From: Callorhinchus milii
Taxonomy: Eukaryota
DNA length: 64,000 bases
Assembly: GCF_018977255.1 (NCBI RefSeq)
Contig: NW_024704743.1
Location: 13,766,001 to 13,830,000 of the forward strand
Direction of reading: 5' to 3'
The notes under the pieces are model-generated. The model had not been told where the DNA came from and ran no database searches. It saw nothing but the letters and a program-made list of their open reading frames with translations. Shown piece by piece: positions 1 to 12,113 of the stretch (position 1 is the first letter of the stretch; each line of letters starts with the position of its first letter). The translations under genes were made by a program, and so were the position numbers.

Positions 1-203
1 TGGGGGTAATAATCCCTCCGAAAACAATATTTGGTCACTCAATCCATGGTTGTATGTGGGGCACTGCTGTGCACAATTGGCTGCCCTGTTTCGCCCAAAA
101 AATAAACAGTCAATCCACTTTACAATGTATTGTGTGAAACGCTTTGAAACGTTTCAATGACATGATAAGGCGCTAGATCAAATGCAAGGTTATTATTATT
201 ATA
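1..203 (+). mobile_element. 3' part of tRNA-Ala SINE (cut by window edge)
   Basis: Body GCTGTGCACAATTGGCTGCC and tail GGCGCTAGATCAAATGCAAGGTTATTATT. Confidence 0.8.
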
Positions 204-476
204 ACACAGCTTACACTAACATACTGCCTTTCACATTGGATAATGTCGTGGAGCACTTTACAGGGATGGTAAGGAAACCCAAGCAAGATGGGAAATGTGA
301 AAGGGGTGGAGGCAAATGGTAAGAGGGAAATGACTGAAGGCATAGTCGCAGAGGTAGAATTTTAGAAGAGTTTTGAAAACAGGGTGGGAGTGGGAGAGGG
401 AGGTGGGGAGTTTGTGAGGGAGATCCAGGGAACAGCAGAGCAAGGCTGAAAGCTTTGTTATATAAGAGTCACCAAC

Positions 477-627
477 CTTCTGCCACATTTTGATGAAGAA
501 TAGCTCCTGAGAGAAGTTAAAGAAAACATTGGTGTCGTATGCGTCATCGCCTGCATTTCGAATGGTGATGTTGACAGAGATGTTCTTCACAGCCCCCAGT
601 GCCAGGAAAGGCTTATGCTCCATAGAA
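477..627 (-). CDS. ITGA9: Integrin alpha-9 coding exon (human exon 18 equivalent; calf-1), 151 bp, phase 2-0
   Basis: ttctag|T TCT ATG GAG...CAG AAG|gttggt; translates (S)SMEHKPFLALGAVKNISVNITIRNAGDDAYDTNVFFNFSQELFFIKMWQK, with the integrin-alpha NxGxDAY motif. Phase joins exactly with the 77-bp exon (AG+T = Ser). Confidence 0.96.
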
Positions 628-812
628 CTAGAAATTAGAAAACAAGAGGTCAGTAACGTCTCCTCATGAAGACAGGAGGGCAGGCCTTCCTGAAGTGCAG
701 TCCAGTGTTTTGAGTTAATAAGCTGATCCTGGATACTCACAAGTATCAACTACAGTTTCATAGTCGTTTCATCCAACTGATTTCTACTGGTTAATATTAT
801 TGTCAGGTTGCA

Positions 813-881
813 AACAAATAATAATAATCTTTGTATTTGGTATAGTACCTATACCAAATACAAAGATTATTATTATTTGTT
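813..881. repeat. Perfect inverted repeat: 33-bp arms, 3-nt loop
   Basis: 813-845 AACAAATAATAATAATCTTTGTATTTGGTATAG is the exact reverse complement of 849-881. Confidence 0.95.
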
Positions 882-893
882 GGACTTCTATGT

Positions 894-1222
894 GGAGTCC
901 TGTAGCTCAGTGGTTAGAGCACTCGCTTTGCAAGCGAGAGACCTGAGTTCAATTCCAGGCAGAGGGCGAAACCTTGGGCAAGTTTCCTTACTCCACACGC
1001 CTAATAATAATCCCTCCAAAACCCAAAACAATAATAAATTGGTCATTTTCAATCTACGACTGTTTGTGGGACATTGCTGTGCGCAATTGGCTGCCGCGTT
1101 TGCCCACAAATATACAGTCAATTCACTTTACAGTGTGTTCTGTGAAGCGCTTTGGGACGTCCTCCCGACGTGAAAAGCGCTATATCAAATACAAGGATTA
1201 TTATTATTATTATATTATTATT
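894..1222 (+). mobile_element. tRNA-Ala(TGC)-derived SINE, full-length short form, L2-type tail
   Basis: Head GGAGTCCTGTAGCTCAGTGGTTAGAGCACTCGCTTTGCAAGCGAG with A box, CTCGC/GCGAG anticodon stem around TGC and B box GTTCAATTCC; body GTTTGTGGGACATTGCTGTGCGCAATTGGCTGCC; tail stem-loop and (TTA)n. Confidence 0.9.
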
Positions 1223-1778
1223 ACCTATCATATTGGGAGGATGCCACAAAGCACAGGATCTTACTGTAAAATGGTAAATTGTAGCTAACTTTTTTTAAAA
1301 GCAATTGACAGTCTAGTAAAATCCACTGTATAAATCACATGCTCAGTGAAGAGTTTTACAGCCTGTGATGTTCAATGTTCTGTGCTCAGTGTAAAATCTA
1401 GAGTAGAAACTTTACATCAACGCAGTCTGTGCTGGGAGTGGAATTTACCACTAATCTACTGTTGTACAGGTACACTGAACAAATTTCCAGGAACATTATG
1501 ATTTTGCTTGTCCCATTATCATGTACCGTGGCCACGAACCAACCTTGCAATTGCTGTTCACACTCAAGTTGGTGATGGCATAATAGACAAAACACAAAAT
1601 AAACTGAAATAATTGAAAACAGTACGTAATAAACAACAATTTAGGCTCCAGGGTAGGATTTCAACACACTCATTTAGGTTCAGATCCCTCAGTTCAATAA
1701 CTGCTTCACAACTCCTTTCGGGACAAGTGGTGTTGTGCCCCACAAGCCATTAATAATGGGGAAATCGCATCACAAGAT

Positions 1779-2066
1779 CAACAACAACAACAAGATTCCA
1801 TTTATAGAGTGCCTTTCACGTCGGGAGGACGGCCCAAGGCGCTGTACAGTTGGGTCAGGACCCGAGCATGGAGGAAATGGTCAGGGTGAGGGGAGGGAAG
1901 GGAGGGAGGGAGCGAGGAGGGGGGAAATGGTCAGGGTGAGGGGAGGGAAGGGAGGGAGCGAGGAGGGGATAGAGAGTCGAGAGGGGAGCTGAAGGCACGG
2001 TCAAAGAGAAAGGTCTTGAGACCGGCCTTGAAGGAGGAACGGGAGGAAACAAGGCGAAGGCACTGG
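1779..2066 (-). mobile_element. L2 3' end
   Basis: (AAC)n, then reverse tail GCCTTTCACGTCGGGAGGACGGCCCAAGGCGCT and GGTCTTGAGACCGGCCTTGAAGG. Confidence 0.8.
1873..1968 (+). repeat. 50-bp tandem duplication (G-rich) inside an L2 3' UTR
   Basis: GGAAATGGTCAGGGTGAGGGGAGGGAAGGGAGGGAG at 1873 and 1923. Confidence 0.85.
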
Positions 2067-4156
2067 GGGATAGATCACAACAGCAGTTGGGATGAGGAAG
2101 GCACTTTAGCCCATTTGCTCTCATCCTTCTAGAATATGAAAAACGGGCATCATCAAAGTTCAACAAACTGCTGGACCACAAAGTCTCAGAATTTCGCAGG
2201 TTGATAGGTTTCTTGATGTTTGCCGTTTGATCCTCTCTGGGCGCTGAGGCAAAATCTCCATTTAACATCACAGGAGCACCATCGCCAGGGGACAGCAGTG
2301 GTTATTAATAAGAAGGTCCACCACCACCTTCTTGGGGCAACCAGGAACGCTTGTCCTGCCAGAGTCACCCAAATCTCGAGATAGAATAAACTTCCCACTA
2401 ACCTACAAATATTAGATGCATGTCCCACCCACCAACAAACAGAATAAAGTCACGTTTACTAGAGAACAGCTCAGACAGCTCGACGATGGATATTATCGTT
2501 GCACTTTGCTTCATGTTCCGACGTAGATTTTATATTCCATTTCTTCCCTAAAAATACAGTACGCTGCATTTTAATCTCTATACATTTATTAGCTTCTTGT
2601 TTTTCTATGGGTGCTGTGACTACCACTGCGTAATGCTGATCATCAGACGGCTTTTGAGATCTCAACCCAATAGGTATTCTTCATATGTGAATCTGCAAAC
2701 TGAGTGTCAGGAGTAGATTTTAGGAGCGTGAAACCTGATCTGATCCTGTTGTTACAGGACACCCAAACACACATACTTTTCAGCCTTCTTTACCAGATGA
2801 CAAGCAGGATTCCCACCCCCATCTCCCCCGAGAAAAGCCTGGGGAGTTGAGGACCAATTGCAGCATCCTTACTGCTGCCCTATTGTAAGTGGGGATACTG
2901 CATTTAATTAGTAGCTTTCACATAGCATAACATATCCAAGCACTTTAATACTTAAAAGGTTTTATCCCAAATATAGGTGGGGTGAAGGCAAGAGAAAGAG
3001 GAGCACCAATGTGCACTTATACAGTGTTTTTCAGGTAGAGGTACACCTCAAAGTGCTTTAGTGACAGTGTGGGAGACTGAGGTGGGTATGAGATACGGGT
3101 TAGAGGATAGATGGCTGGAGGCCAAAGAGATAAATACTTCGGCAATTTTTGAAAGCAGAAAGGGAGGGAGGAAGAGGAAGGGAAACAGAGGGATTCAGAA
3201 CAGAATTCCAGAGATTGGGTCCAACGGGGCTGAAAGCTCACTCACTGATGGTGGGGCAGGCAGGGGAAGAAGGGTAGGAGAGAGAGGAGGATATGAAGCA
3301 GGCCTGAGTCAACAAATGGAGAGGGGAGTTGGACTGCAGGAGATCACAAATGAGAAAAGGAGAGATCTATTTTCCCCCCATATTAGCTCAGTGGGGGAAA
3401 AGTGATCTCTGTGATGTCAGAAGAATCAGGAAACCATACACATTGGTTCGATGCCTGAGGCAAAATAAAGCATGTGTATTAATCATTTGAATAGTATGTT
3501 TCACTGTATAAATAAACACACAGAAAGGGTATATGTGGAGAGACCTGGTACCTTTGGCAGCACAAAGCGAACAGAACTCCAATTTAGAAGAGCAGAGTTC
3601 AAATTCCAGGCTCAAACTCAACTCGACTCAGTAAACAAACCTGAACAGTTCTATGACAGCTTCACAGTGAGGGGAGCATTGCACCTCGAGGGATAAAAAA
3701 CGCAACAGAATCTTTCCTGGCCACAGAGCTGCCAGTCACAAAACTACACTGAGAAAGACTCTAGAAAAGCATCCATCCATTCTTCCCCTTTTTTTTCTTG
3801 TTTGTTGCATTTTTCCCACAAAATACAGTCACTAAACTTTACAGCGCTCCGAGGCATCTCAACAAATGCGATAAGGCGCTATATCAATGTCAGTGGTGCC
3901 TTCTTCAGATGAGAAGTGCTTTGAGCTTTTTTATGTTATAAAATATATCAAATGCAGGGATTATTATTATAAGCATTTCACCGATGATTAATTGAAGTTG
4001 ATTTAACAGCAAAGCTACAACAAAAAAACATGATGTAAATCAACAATGTATCTGTGGTTTGTTGGCCAGGAAAACTGGTAAAATCCCCTTCCCTTTTCCA
4101 ACTGTGTCCTGGATTCTTTGGCTTCCACCTGAACAGAAATATAGGATTCTTGGTTT

Positions 4157-4445
4157 AATAATAATCCTTAAATTTGAAACAACCCTTTTTATTTCAGGCG
4201 GACATACTGTAAAGTGGAGTGACTGTGCATTTTGAAGGCAAACACAGCAGCCAAGTTGAGCACAGCAATATCCCACAAATTGCCATGAAGTGAGTAGCCA
4301 ACTTTATTCAGGGGATTGTCTGCCAGTACACAGGGATCTTTAACGTTCACCTGAACAGGTAGATGGGACCTCAGGTTAACGTCTCGACTGAAAGATGACA
4401 CTTCCAACAACACAGCACTCCCTCAACATTGCACTTGAGTATCTC
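4157..4445 (-). mobile_element. DeuSINE fragment (head lost; abuts an L2 tail at ~4448-4508)
   Basis: Reverse Deu core GGGATCTTTAACGTTCACCTGAACAGGTAGATGGGACCTCAGGTTAACGTCTC. Confidence 0.75.
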
Positions 4446-6104
4446 CAGCACCTTGGGATGTCCTCCTGATATGAAAGGCGCCATACAAATGTAATTTGTT
4501 GTTGTTGCCCAGACTGTGAGAGCTCTTTAGGTGAAAACACTAGTGAATGGTTAAATGTGAATGGCTGTTGTTCAGCATATAGATAAGAGTTTAAATAAAG
4601 TTGCAAACTAAATAAAGGATGAAAGCCAAGATAAATCGGCAGGAATAAACAATCTTCGATTGGGTCACAAAAGATTGTTTTAATAATTTTTGCTGTCCAA
4701 TACCAAATTGTTACGTCACTGCGAAAACATTCATATTCATATATTTTTTTAATTCGAAATTACATTGACACAAAAAAATGAAACAAACGGTCAGTGTTAT
4801 GGATGTAGGGCAAATGCTGCATCTGAATGTGTTTTATTGAAGAAATTTTGGCAGCGCAGTTGACTGGAAAATCTGAAAATAGAAGACTTTCATGGCTGCG
4901 CAGTCAGGAGGGCGGTATTTTATAAATTGCTTTTCCACTGTTTTATGGCACTCGACGTGACTTAACCACAGAAAAATTAAACAGCACCTCTTCCGTGGGT
5001 GCTCTGCCAAGTGGGAAGTCATGAAGAATAAAAGATCTTATAAACACTGCAAAGCTACAAAGTCTCAGTCCCTTTAAACATTTGTTTCTCCTAATAACTT
5101 TAAAATTATGCTGTTTGAAAAAATGCTGAATTCATTTAAAAATAACTCCCAAAAGCTATAAGCCCCAGCAACACTGACAAGGAAACATTCCATCATAAAA
5201 CACATTATACGCTCTTAACTACAAACAGTCTTCAGCTACATATGCACCATTAGCATGAAACCCACAAAGCACACCTCAATATGTACCTATTTGACCAAGC
5301 TTTTCGATATCTTCTGACCTGAAGATGGGGAAGGAAGGAGCAAGATGGAGGGATAGAGGAAGAGTGTTTCAGAGTTTCAGGGTGTAATGGCTGAAAGCGC
5401 AGCCACCGATGGTGGAATGAATATCAGATTAAAGAGAAAGGAGACAGCTCACGTGGACACAGCCACTCTCTTTCTCACACACACATTCTCTCATACACTA
5501 GCTCACGCAAACACACATTCTCTCTTATAACATAAAAATGAGTACATGCACAGAAATAACTATGTTTGCAGAGACTTACTACCACAGTTTAATAACAGAA
5601 AGCCACTTCTCATTAGTGTTGTGCTGACGAATTAGAATTGGATTCTGAGCGGACAATTGGAGGATAAAGTTTGAACAATCCTGAAGCCAGATTGGAGACT
5701 ACCTTTTTCTCCCCTGGACAGTGGTGAATATATGATATAGTTTCTCAGTGAAAGTAGATGACATTCTTTCGATTTGCTGCTTCCAGAAATGGGTATGTAT
5801 GTGATTTAGAACAGTACAGGAGATTCTTGGGACAGGTACAAAATCGCGAAAGAACCCAGGAGACACAATGGTTGCTATGTGGCTGGGGCCCAAGGAAAGA
5901 GGAAATGTTGTCCATGTGGAGTGCCAATCTATCATATTAACTTTGTTCCCACTCAAGACATTAACCAGACTTGCACATAGTATAAGAACAGGAAGAGGCC
6001 ATTCCAGCAGTTTATTAGATCGTGGAGGATCTTACATCTACCGGTTATAAGAATCTACTATTGTAAAGCTTGTCACTTGCATTTTATTAAACAGGCAGCA
6101 TCTA

Positions 6105-6457
6105 TAATAAATAATACTAATCCTTGCATTTGTTGTAGCTCCTTATCAAGTCTTTGAAACATCTCAAAGCACTTCAAAGAATTGACTGTATAGTTTGTGG
6201 GCGAAACACAGCAGCCAATTGCACACAGCAGTGTCCCACAAACAGTCGTGGATTGAATGATCACTTTTTTTTTGAAGGAATTATTAACTCTGGAAAAGCG
6301 ATTCACCAATCAAATAACAACAAGGTTCCTACTTACTGCTAGGTAAACAGAGGCGTGTGGAGAAGTGAAACTTGCCCAACGTTTCGCCCTGCTGGGAATC
6401 GAACCCAGGTCTCTCGCTTGCGAGGTGAGTGCTCTAACTACTGAGCTACAGGACTCC
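6105..6457 (-). mobile_element. tRNA-Ala-derived SINE, full-length long form (extra ~62-bp segment)
   Basis: Same head, body and tail as 894-1222 in reverse, plus CTGTTTACCTAGCAGTAAGTAGGAACC...TTCCAGAG after the head. Confidence 0.88.
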
Positions 6458-9156
6458 AGGATACCTATTACCTGACTCTGTTGTTGGAGTGAATTTCCAT
6501 TGCATGGTTTTTATATGTGCCCGTAGGATGCACATTGTGGTGTTCACCATATCATTGGTAGTTGAAGGAAAATTTCTGCCTCTTTGTTTTTCACATCATG
6601 GAAATATTTCCTGATTTTCCACTAATTCTACAGGCGGTGAAGATGATCTTAACCCTGTTGGTGATGCTCTTGCTCCCAGGGCAGTGTAACTGAGCCAATT
6701 TCCAAACCTGCATTTCCCGAACATCTGAATTTGCAACCTGGATTGGTGACCAGGCTTGGGAACCATTTCCTCTTGGTTCAAATGCTGCATTGTGATAATT
6801 GGGGCTCTCTGCTGATTGCTTTATTACATTTCACAAAGAGCAGAGATCACGGGAATGCCTTGGGGGAAAACTGAAGCATTCCCATCTGTTTGTAAATGGA
6901 TCATCTTGTATCAGCACATCCTTCCTTACAAGTCCCAGGGAAATACCTCTTGGTGACAAAAGAGATATTTAAACTGTAATAATCCTAAATGGGCGAATAC
7001 TGTACCAGCTCAGAATTTTCGGAAGAGTCTCATTTTAAAGGGATCTCTATTACTATTACCTCTATTATTCTTATATTCAGGGATTTCAGGACAAATACAA
7101 GTAAGTATTTATTTACTTATTGTCCTGAGGACATCCCCCATGGCACAGCTACGCTGGTGTTATGTTGGGACATCCTGTCCCTTACCCTATCTTAAATCAG
7201 AGGATAATCTTCAGATAGGTAGCAGATCCTAAACTTAAAAACAAATGGGAACAACCTGATAATTGGAGCTTCTTGCCACTAAGTCCCATTCACCGGAACT
7301 CACCCGCCCCTCCAAAAAAAATCTCACTGCCTCACACCCTTTGTGCCTTCAATACCCTTCTAAAGACCTACCTCTAGTCAACTCCCTCCTATCTAATCTC
7401 GCCATTTCCCACTTTGCTCAGGTTTCCATTTTGAATCTGTAAAGCGCTTCAAGCCCCAAATGAAAGGCACTGTATAAGTGCAAGTTATTATTTTCTGTTC
7501 TTATGTCGCATATTGGTGTGAAATATTCCTCATACCACTGAGTTGTGCTATCTCCTGATTTTCCACCCATTGTGGCTGTGCCTGCCCTCAACAACTTGAA
7601 TAAATTTTTCGCCAACAGTTAGAAACAGGGTACAAAGGTTTCTTATGAAAGAGCCAATTCAGGATGGATAAAGGCGAGAAACCAAAGCCAGCATGAAAGG
7701 CCGACAATTTCATTGGAATTTAAAGTTTAAGGGTTTTATCATAGAACAAGATTCTAAGAGTCCACAGTAAAAGGTCCCTCACAACAGACTGTCATTGAAG
7801 TGAAAACTCATGTGATTGAAAAGTGAGATATAAATGAGATAATAAGAAACAGAGGGCCACCAAAGGCCATCTTTCCAAATTGAACAGCTGGGATGAGATG
7901 AATCTCTTCACATCAAGGGCTGGTGCCTTTTTAAATGATATTTACTAACCGCCTTGATAAAAGCGTTTTAAGTTGAAATCCAAGCTTACAAATGACAAGA
8001 ATGAGCCTCTTTTGTTGTTAACTCACTTAGCCCACATTGGCAGTTCATGGTTTCACTGCACTCCTAATCTTGTATAACTAACATGCTTTTAGAGGGCATT
8101 TGGATAAATTGCTTTGCGAAGCACTTTCAGATGTCCTCCAGATGTGAAAGGCGCTATATAAATATAAATTGTTAGAGCGGTACATATTGGAGCAAATTGC
8201 CTGATGATTCAGAATAAGTTCTGCACATGACTGTTGGTGCAACTGAGTTGTAAATGTAGAGTCCAATCCTAGGTTTCCAGATTCTTATCTCACAGGTCAT
8301 CATATGGTAAAGAGGTCTCAAAGTCCCTGCACTGTGCAGATTGGGATCCAGGCTTGTGCACAGCTTCTTGCTCATTTGTTGGAAACGTAGTATTTTCACT
8401 GCTTATCACATAGATGATTAAAGGTTGGCTGTGTACTGGCCATCCTTAGACTGCAATAATACCATGGGGTCAAAATTACTTCCTGCAAGATAAGAAAGTC
8501 TAACTCGGGCTTCGAGAGAATGCATTTCATGCTCTTTGCCAGATACTTTTTAAATGTTTTTAGACCAGTAACATTTTAAAAGGCATCTGGGAATCAACAT
8601 GTCATCTCTCTCTAAATTTTATGAAGAAAGATAGCAGCCATTCTTCCCAAGTTTTGGGGCTGTCCACTCTCAGACCTGTCATTAAGGAAGTTTCCACTTG
8701 ATGAAGTGCTACTTAATTATAACTGTTATGATGAAGGAATATTGTAATTTTGACTGCAGGCTTTGTTGGTGCAAAGCTGAATCAGTGGGAGCCTATTGGG
8801 GTGAAAAATGTGGTATGTGATGTGCTAAATTGAGTTTAGCCAGTGTTCCTCAGCACTGAATGATGGAATAAGTGCACAAAAGAGAACATTGATGGAAGGA
8901 AGGTTCAACTGGAGAGAAAAGAGACAGCAAGCAGCATGTCACAGCTGATTTCCAGTTCCCTCAAGAAAACTGAGTAAATGAACTCCAGTAGAGAGTTCGT
9001 TATTTGCTATAATAGGGGCTGGCCCCCTTTGTGGATAATGGGTTATCACGTAAAACACAAATTGGCTAAAGTACTAACCAAACACAACTTTCATCAAGAA
9101 TTTTACTGTTACTATCGTCTCTCTCTGTCTCTCTCATTTTCTCTTTACCTTCATAG

Positions 9157-9869
9157 ATGCATCCTACACCTCATGGAGCCAATACGGAACCTTGGCGTCC
9201 TGTTCAACCCTCAACAGTCCTTCATTCCCCACATCCATGCCATGACTTGCTCCACCTTTCCCCACCTCCACAATATTGCCCAGCTCCATCACTGTCTCTC
9301 ACCACAGGCCGCCGAGATCCTCATCCACTCATTGATCACATCCAGGCTTGACTACGCATACTCCCTGCTTGTCAGCCTCCCCAACTCCTACCTGGACAGA
9401 ACTCTGCAGCCCATGTCCTCTCCCGCACCAGGCTCCGCAACCCAATCAGCCCCCTCCTCGCCCGGCTCCACTGGCTCCCTATTACTCAGAGGATCCAGTT
9501 CAAGATCCTTGTCCTCACCTTCAAAGCCCTCCACAGTCTTGCTCCTCCCTACCTCTGCGACCTCCTAACCCCCTATCAATCTGTTCGCTTCCTCCACTCA
9601 GCGGTCTCCATTCTGCTTCACATCCCCCACCTTGCCTGCTCCACCATTGGCAGGTGGGCCTCCACCCTCTCTGCCTTCACCCTCATCTCCTTCAAGACCC
9701 GTCTCAAGACCCTCCTCTTCGACTGTGCCTTTAGTTGCCCTCCTACCCCTACTCTCCTGCCACTTCTCCTGATCCCAACCAGCGGCTCGGGGGGGGGATC
9801 CTTGACTATCCAGCGCCGTGGTATGTCCACCTGATGTGAAAGGTGCTATACAAATGTAATTTGTTGTTG
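9157..9869 (+). mobile_element. 5'-truncated L2
   Basis: IRNLGVLFNPQ...LITSRLDY in ORF 8978; tail GAAAGGTGCTATACAAATGTAAT(TTG)n. Confidence 0.9.
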
Positions 9870-10361
9870 TATCCATCTTTGGCTGTTCTCACTCTCGCTA
9901 TATATATTGTTACATCTTTCTCTCTCTTTTTTCCTCCTTACCCAATAGCTGTAAAAAAAAGTTTACTTAATAAGTTTCTCTCTCATTTTTTCTTTACTCA
10001 TCTCTGACTCTCCCTCTCTCTCTTTCTCTATTGTTAATGTCTTTCTCTCTCTCTGTTCTTCCTTAAGTTATTTCCTGTAAGTTATTGCTAAATAACTCAC
10101 TAACCTCATCGTTCACAGTAATACTGCGCTGGTAATCTTGCAGGCAAAACCACCTTTACAGCTTTCTGGGGCAGATCATTTCACATCGTCACAACCCTTT
10201 GTGTGAAGGAATGCTTTCTGAACTCAATCCTAACCTTTTTGTTCTGACTTTTAGGCAAAACCCTAACATGCCTTTGGTGTGCTCTCAGGCAATTTCTGCT
10301 TTTATTTCTTGAGGTCCTTAACAATACATTTCAATCCCAGATTACGACTCCATGACTTTTG

Positions 10362-10480
10362 CTCTTCCTTGGTCAACTGGGTGTCTGACACATGTGAAAA
10401 CCCACCACTATGCTTAAGAGTAACCAAACTAAACTGAGAGTTCCATGCATCACATGGAACCAACATGAAAATCCCTGTAT
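10362..10480 (-). repeat. Family X 3' fragment
   Basis: TTGGTCAACTGGGTGTCTGACACATGTGAAAACCCACCACTATGCTTAAGAG. Confidence 0.65.
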
Positions 10481-10626
10481 ATTGGACTATCCCGTTCACA
10501 GTGCAGAAGAAATAAATCTTGGCAGATCATGGATCTAATAAACAAAGTTCTGCTCTGTTACATGGAGAGCCATTATACAGACATTTACCCCATGACTGAG
10601 GTACAGGCCTGCTCTGTATCACATAC

Positions 10627-10703
10627 CTGGATAATAGTAGCTTTCCATGAAGTCCCAGATCAGCAGCACAGTCATCAGACAAACAGTTCCTCTCAAATAC
10701 AGT
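10627..10703 (-). CDS. ITGA9: Integrin alpha-9 coding exon (human exon 17 equivalent; genu Cys loop), 77 bp, phase 0-2
   Basis: ttgcag|ACT GTA TTT...TCC AG|gtatgt; translates TVFERNCLSDDCAADLGLHGKLLLS versus recalled human TVFERNCRSEDCAADLQLQGKLLLS. Lies inside ORF 10527..10718. Confidence 0.96.
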
Positions 10704-11174
10704 CTGCAAAGTCAACAAGAAACCAATCAGTTAAGTCATGTGTGATAGGAGCAATGCTACAAAAAGTCTTATCGAACATTTAAGAGGGAGATATATAAGG
10801 TAAGGTACAGTAATTGGGAAGTATGGTTATTATAGCAAAGGCAGGGAAATGATTTTACAAAAATGAAGCATCAGCAATAAAATGGCTGAGGTGACACCTC
10901 ATGGACAGCAGCCTATGTGTTAGGAGAATTTAGGAGCAACTGTATTTCATTTCCTTTTTTAGGCATAGAGTGAGGTTGGGGTAGGAGGAAGAATGTGTGC
11001 GCCAAAGTATTTGAAATTTGGGGAAACAAAGCAGCAAAGCTCAGAGGAGCAGTTATCATTCTAGCATCATTAAAACAGACAGAAAGAAAAGCATAACTCA
11101 TATTTTCAATAGAGCCTTATCACATTGAAATTTCCGAAAGAAACTTGTAAAAGCAACACATAAAAGATTACGTT

Positions 11175-11305
11175 TTCTTGGTCAGCCAGGTGTTTGACGC
11201 ACACAGAAACCAATCACCATCCAAACCCGACTGTGAGTTTCATGCATGCCACCGACATATGGAAATTTCCATGTCTGGAATGGAATGTTCACACTCTCCT
11301 AGGAG
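11175..11305 (-). repeat. Family X 3' fragment
   Basis: TTGGTCAGCCAGGTGTTTGACGCAC...TGGAATGGAATGTTCACACTCTCC. Confidence 0.65.
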
Positions 11306-11697
11306 TAACTCACAACTAGTTACTACAGTATCAAATCCTGTGACTGTTTCATTGTACATAAATGCAGCAGCCGTTTTGCATCAGCAACATCCACTAGCAT
11401 CCAGGAGGAGAATGATTGATTCATCCATAGGATTGTTGGCTATTTGGTAAAGGGAGCGACCCCTATAACTCACAAATGTCAAACAGACTTTGTGACACCT
11501 CATCCTTCTCATGGAGTGAAATGAATATAGAATTCTGCCCCACAAACTGGAAACAATAGGGTGGGGGAAGGAAACTGCCTCTCTAGACTTAGTCACAGGA
11601 ACTCATTTCTCAAAACACAGGCCTTAAACATATTGGGTGCAGTTTGATTAGGTGAGTGTCTTCTGAATAATCTCGGATAGGGCCTTTTCAGTGCATG

Positions 11698-12113
11698 CAG
11701 GCTTGTTTCAGTGGCAGGACTCTTGCCTCAGAATCAGAAGGTTGTGGGTTCAAATCCTACGTGGGGACTTGAACTCACTTGCCCTAAGATACTCCAATGC
11801 AGTGTTGGGGTGTGCTGCATTGTCAGAGGTGCTATCCTTTGGATTAGATGTTAAGCCGAGGTCCCGTCTAGTGGGCTTTAAAGATCTTTAAAGATTAAAG
11901 AGTTTCTCCTGATGTTCTGGCCAACAATTCCCCAAATAAAATTGATCATTCATTTCATGGTTGTTTGTGGGAGATTGCTGTGCACAATTGGGCTATCACA
12001 TTTACCTACAAATACACAGTCCCTCCATTTCACAGTAAAATCCTGTGAAGCACTTTGTATAATGTCCATCCGGCATTATAAGGTGCTATACCAAGTACAA
12101 GGATTATTATTAT
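11698..12113 (+). mobile_element. DeuSINE-type tRNA SINE, near full length
   Basis: tRNA-like head CAGAAGGTTGTGGGTTCAAATCC; Deu-like core GTGCTGCATTGTCAGAGGTGCTATCCTTTGGATTAGATGTTAAGCCGAGGTCCCGTC; L2-type tail. Confidence 0.8.

Noticed and set aside
258..749. 163-aa ORF as a complete protein
   Set aside because: Only 477-627 is ITGA9-like and bounded by splice sites; the rest is intron read-through, partly L2 debris.
894..968. tRNA-Ala(TGC) genes (also at 6457, 14612, 14796, 32624, 52649)
   Set aside because: Each continues into SINE sequence and carries stem or box mutations; these are SINE heads.
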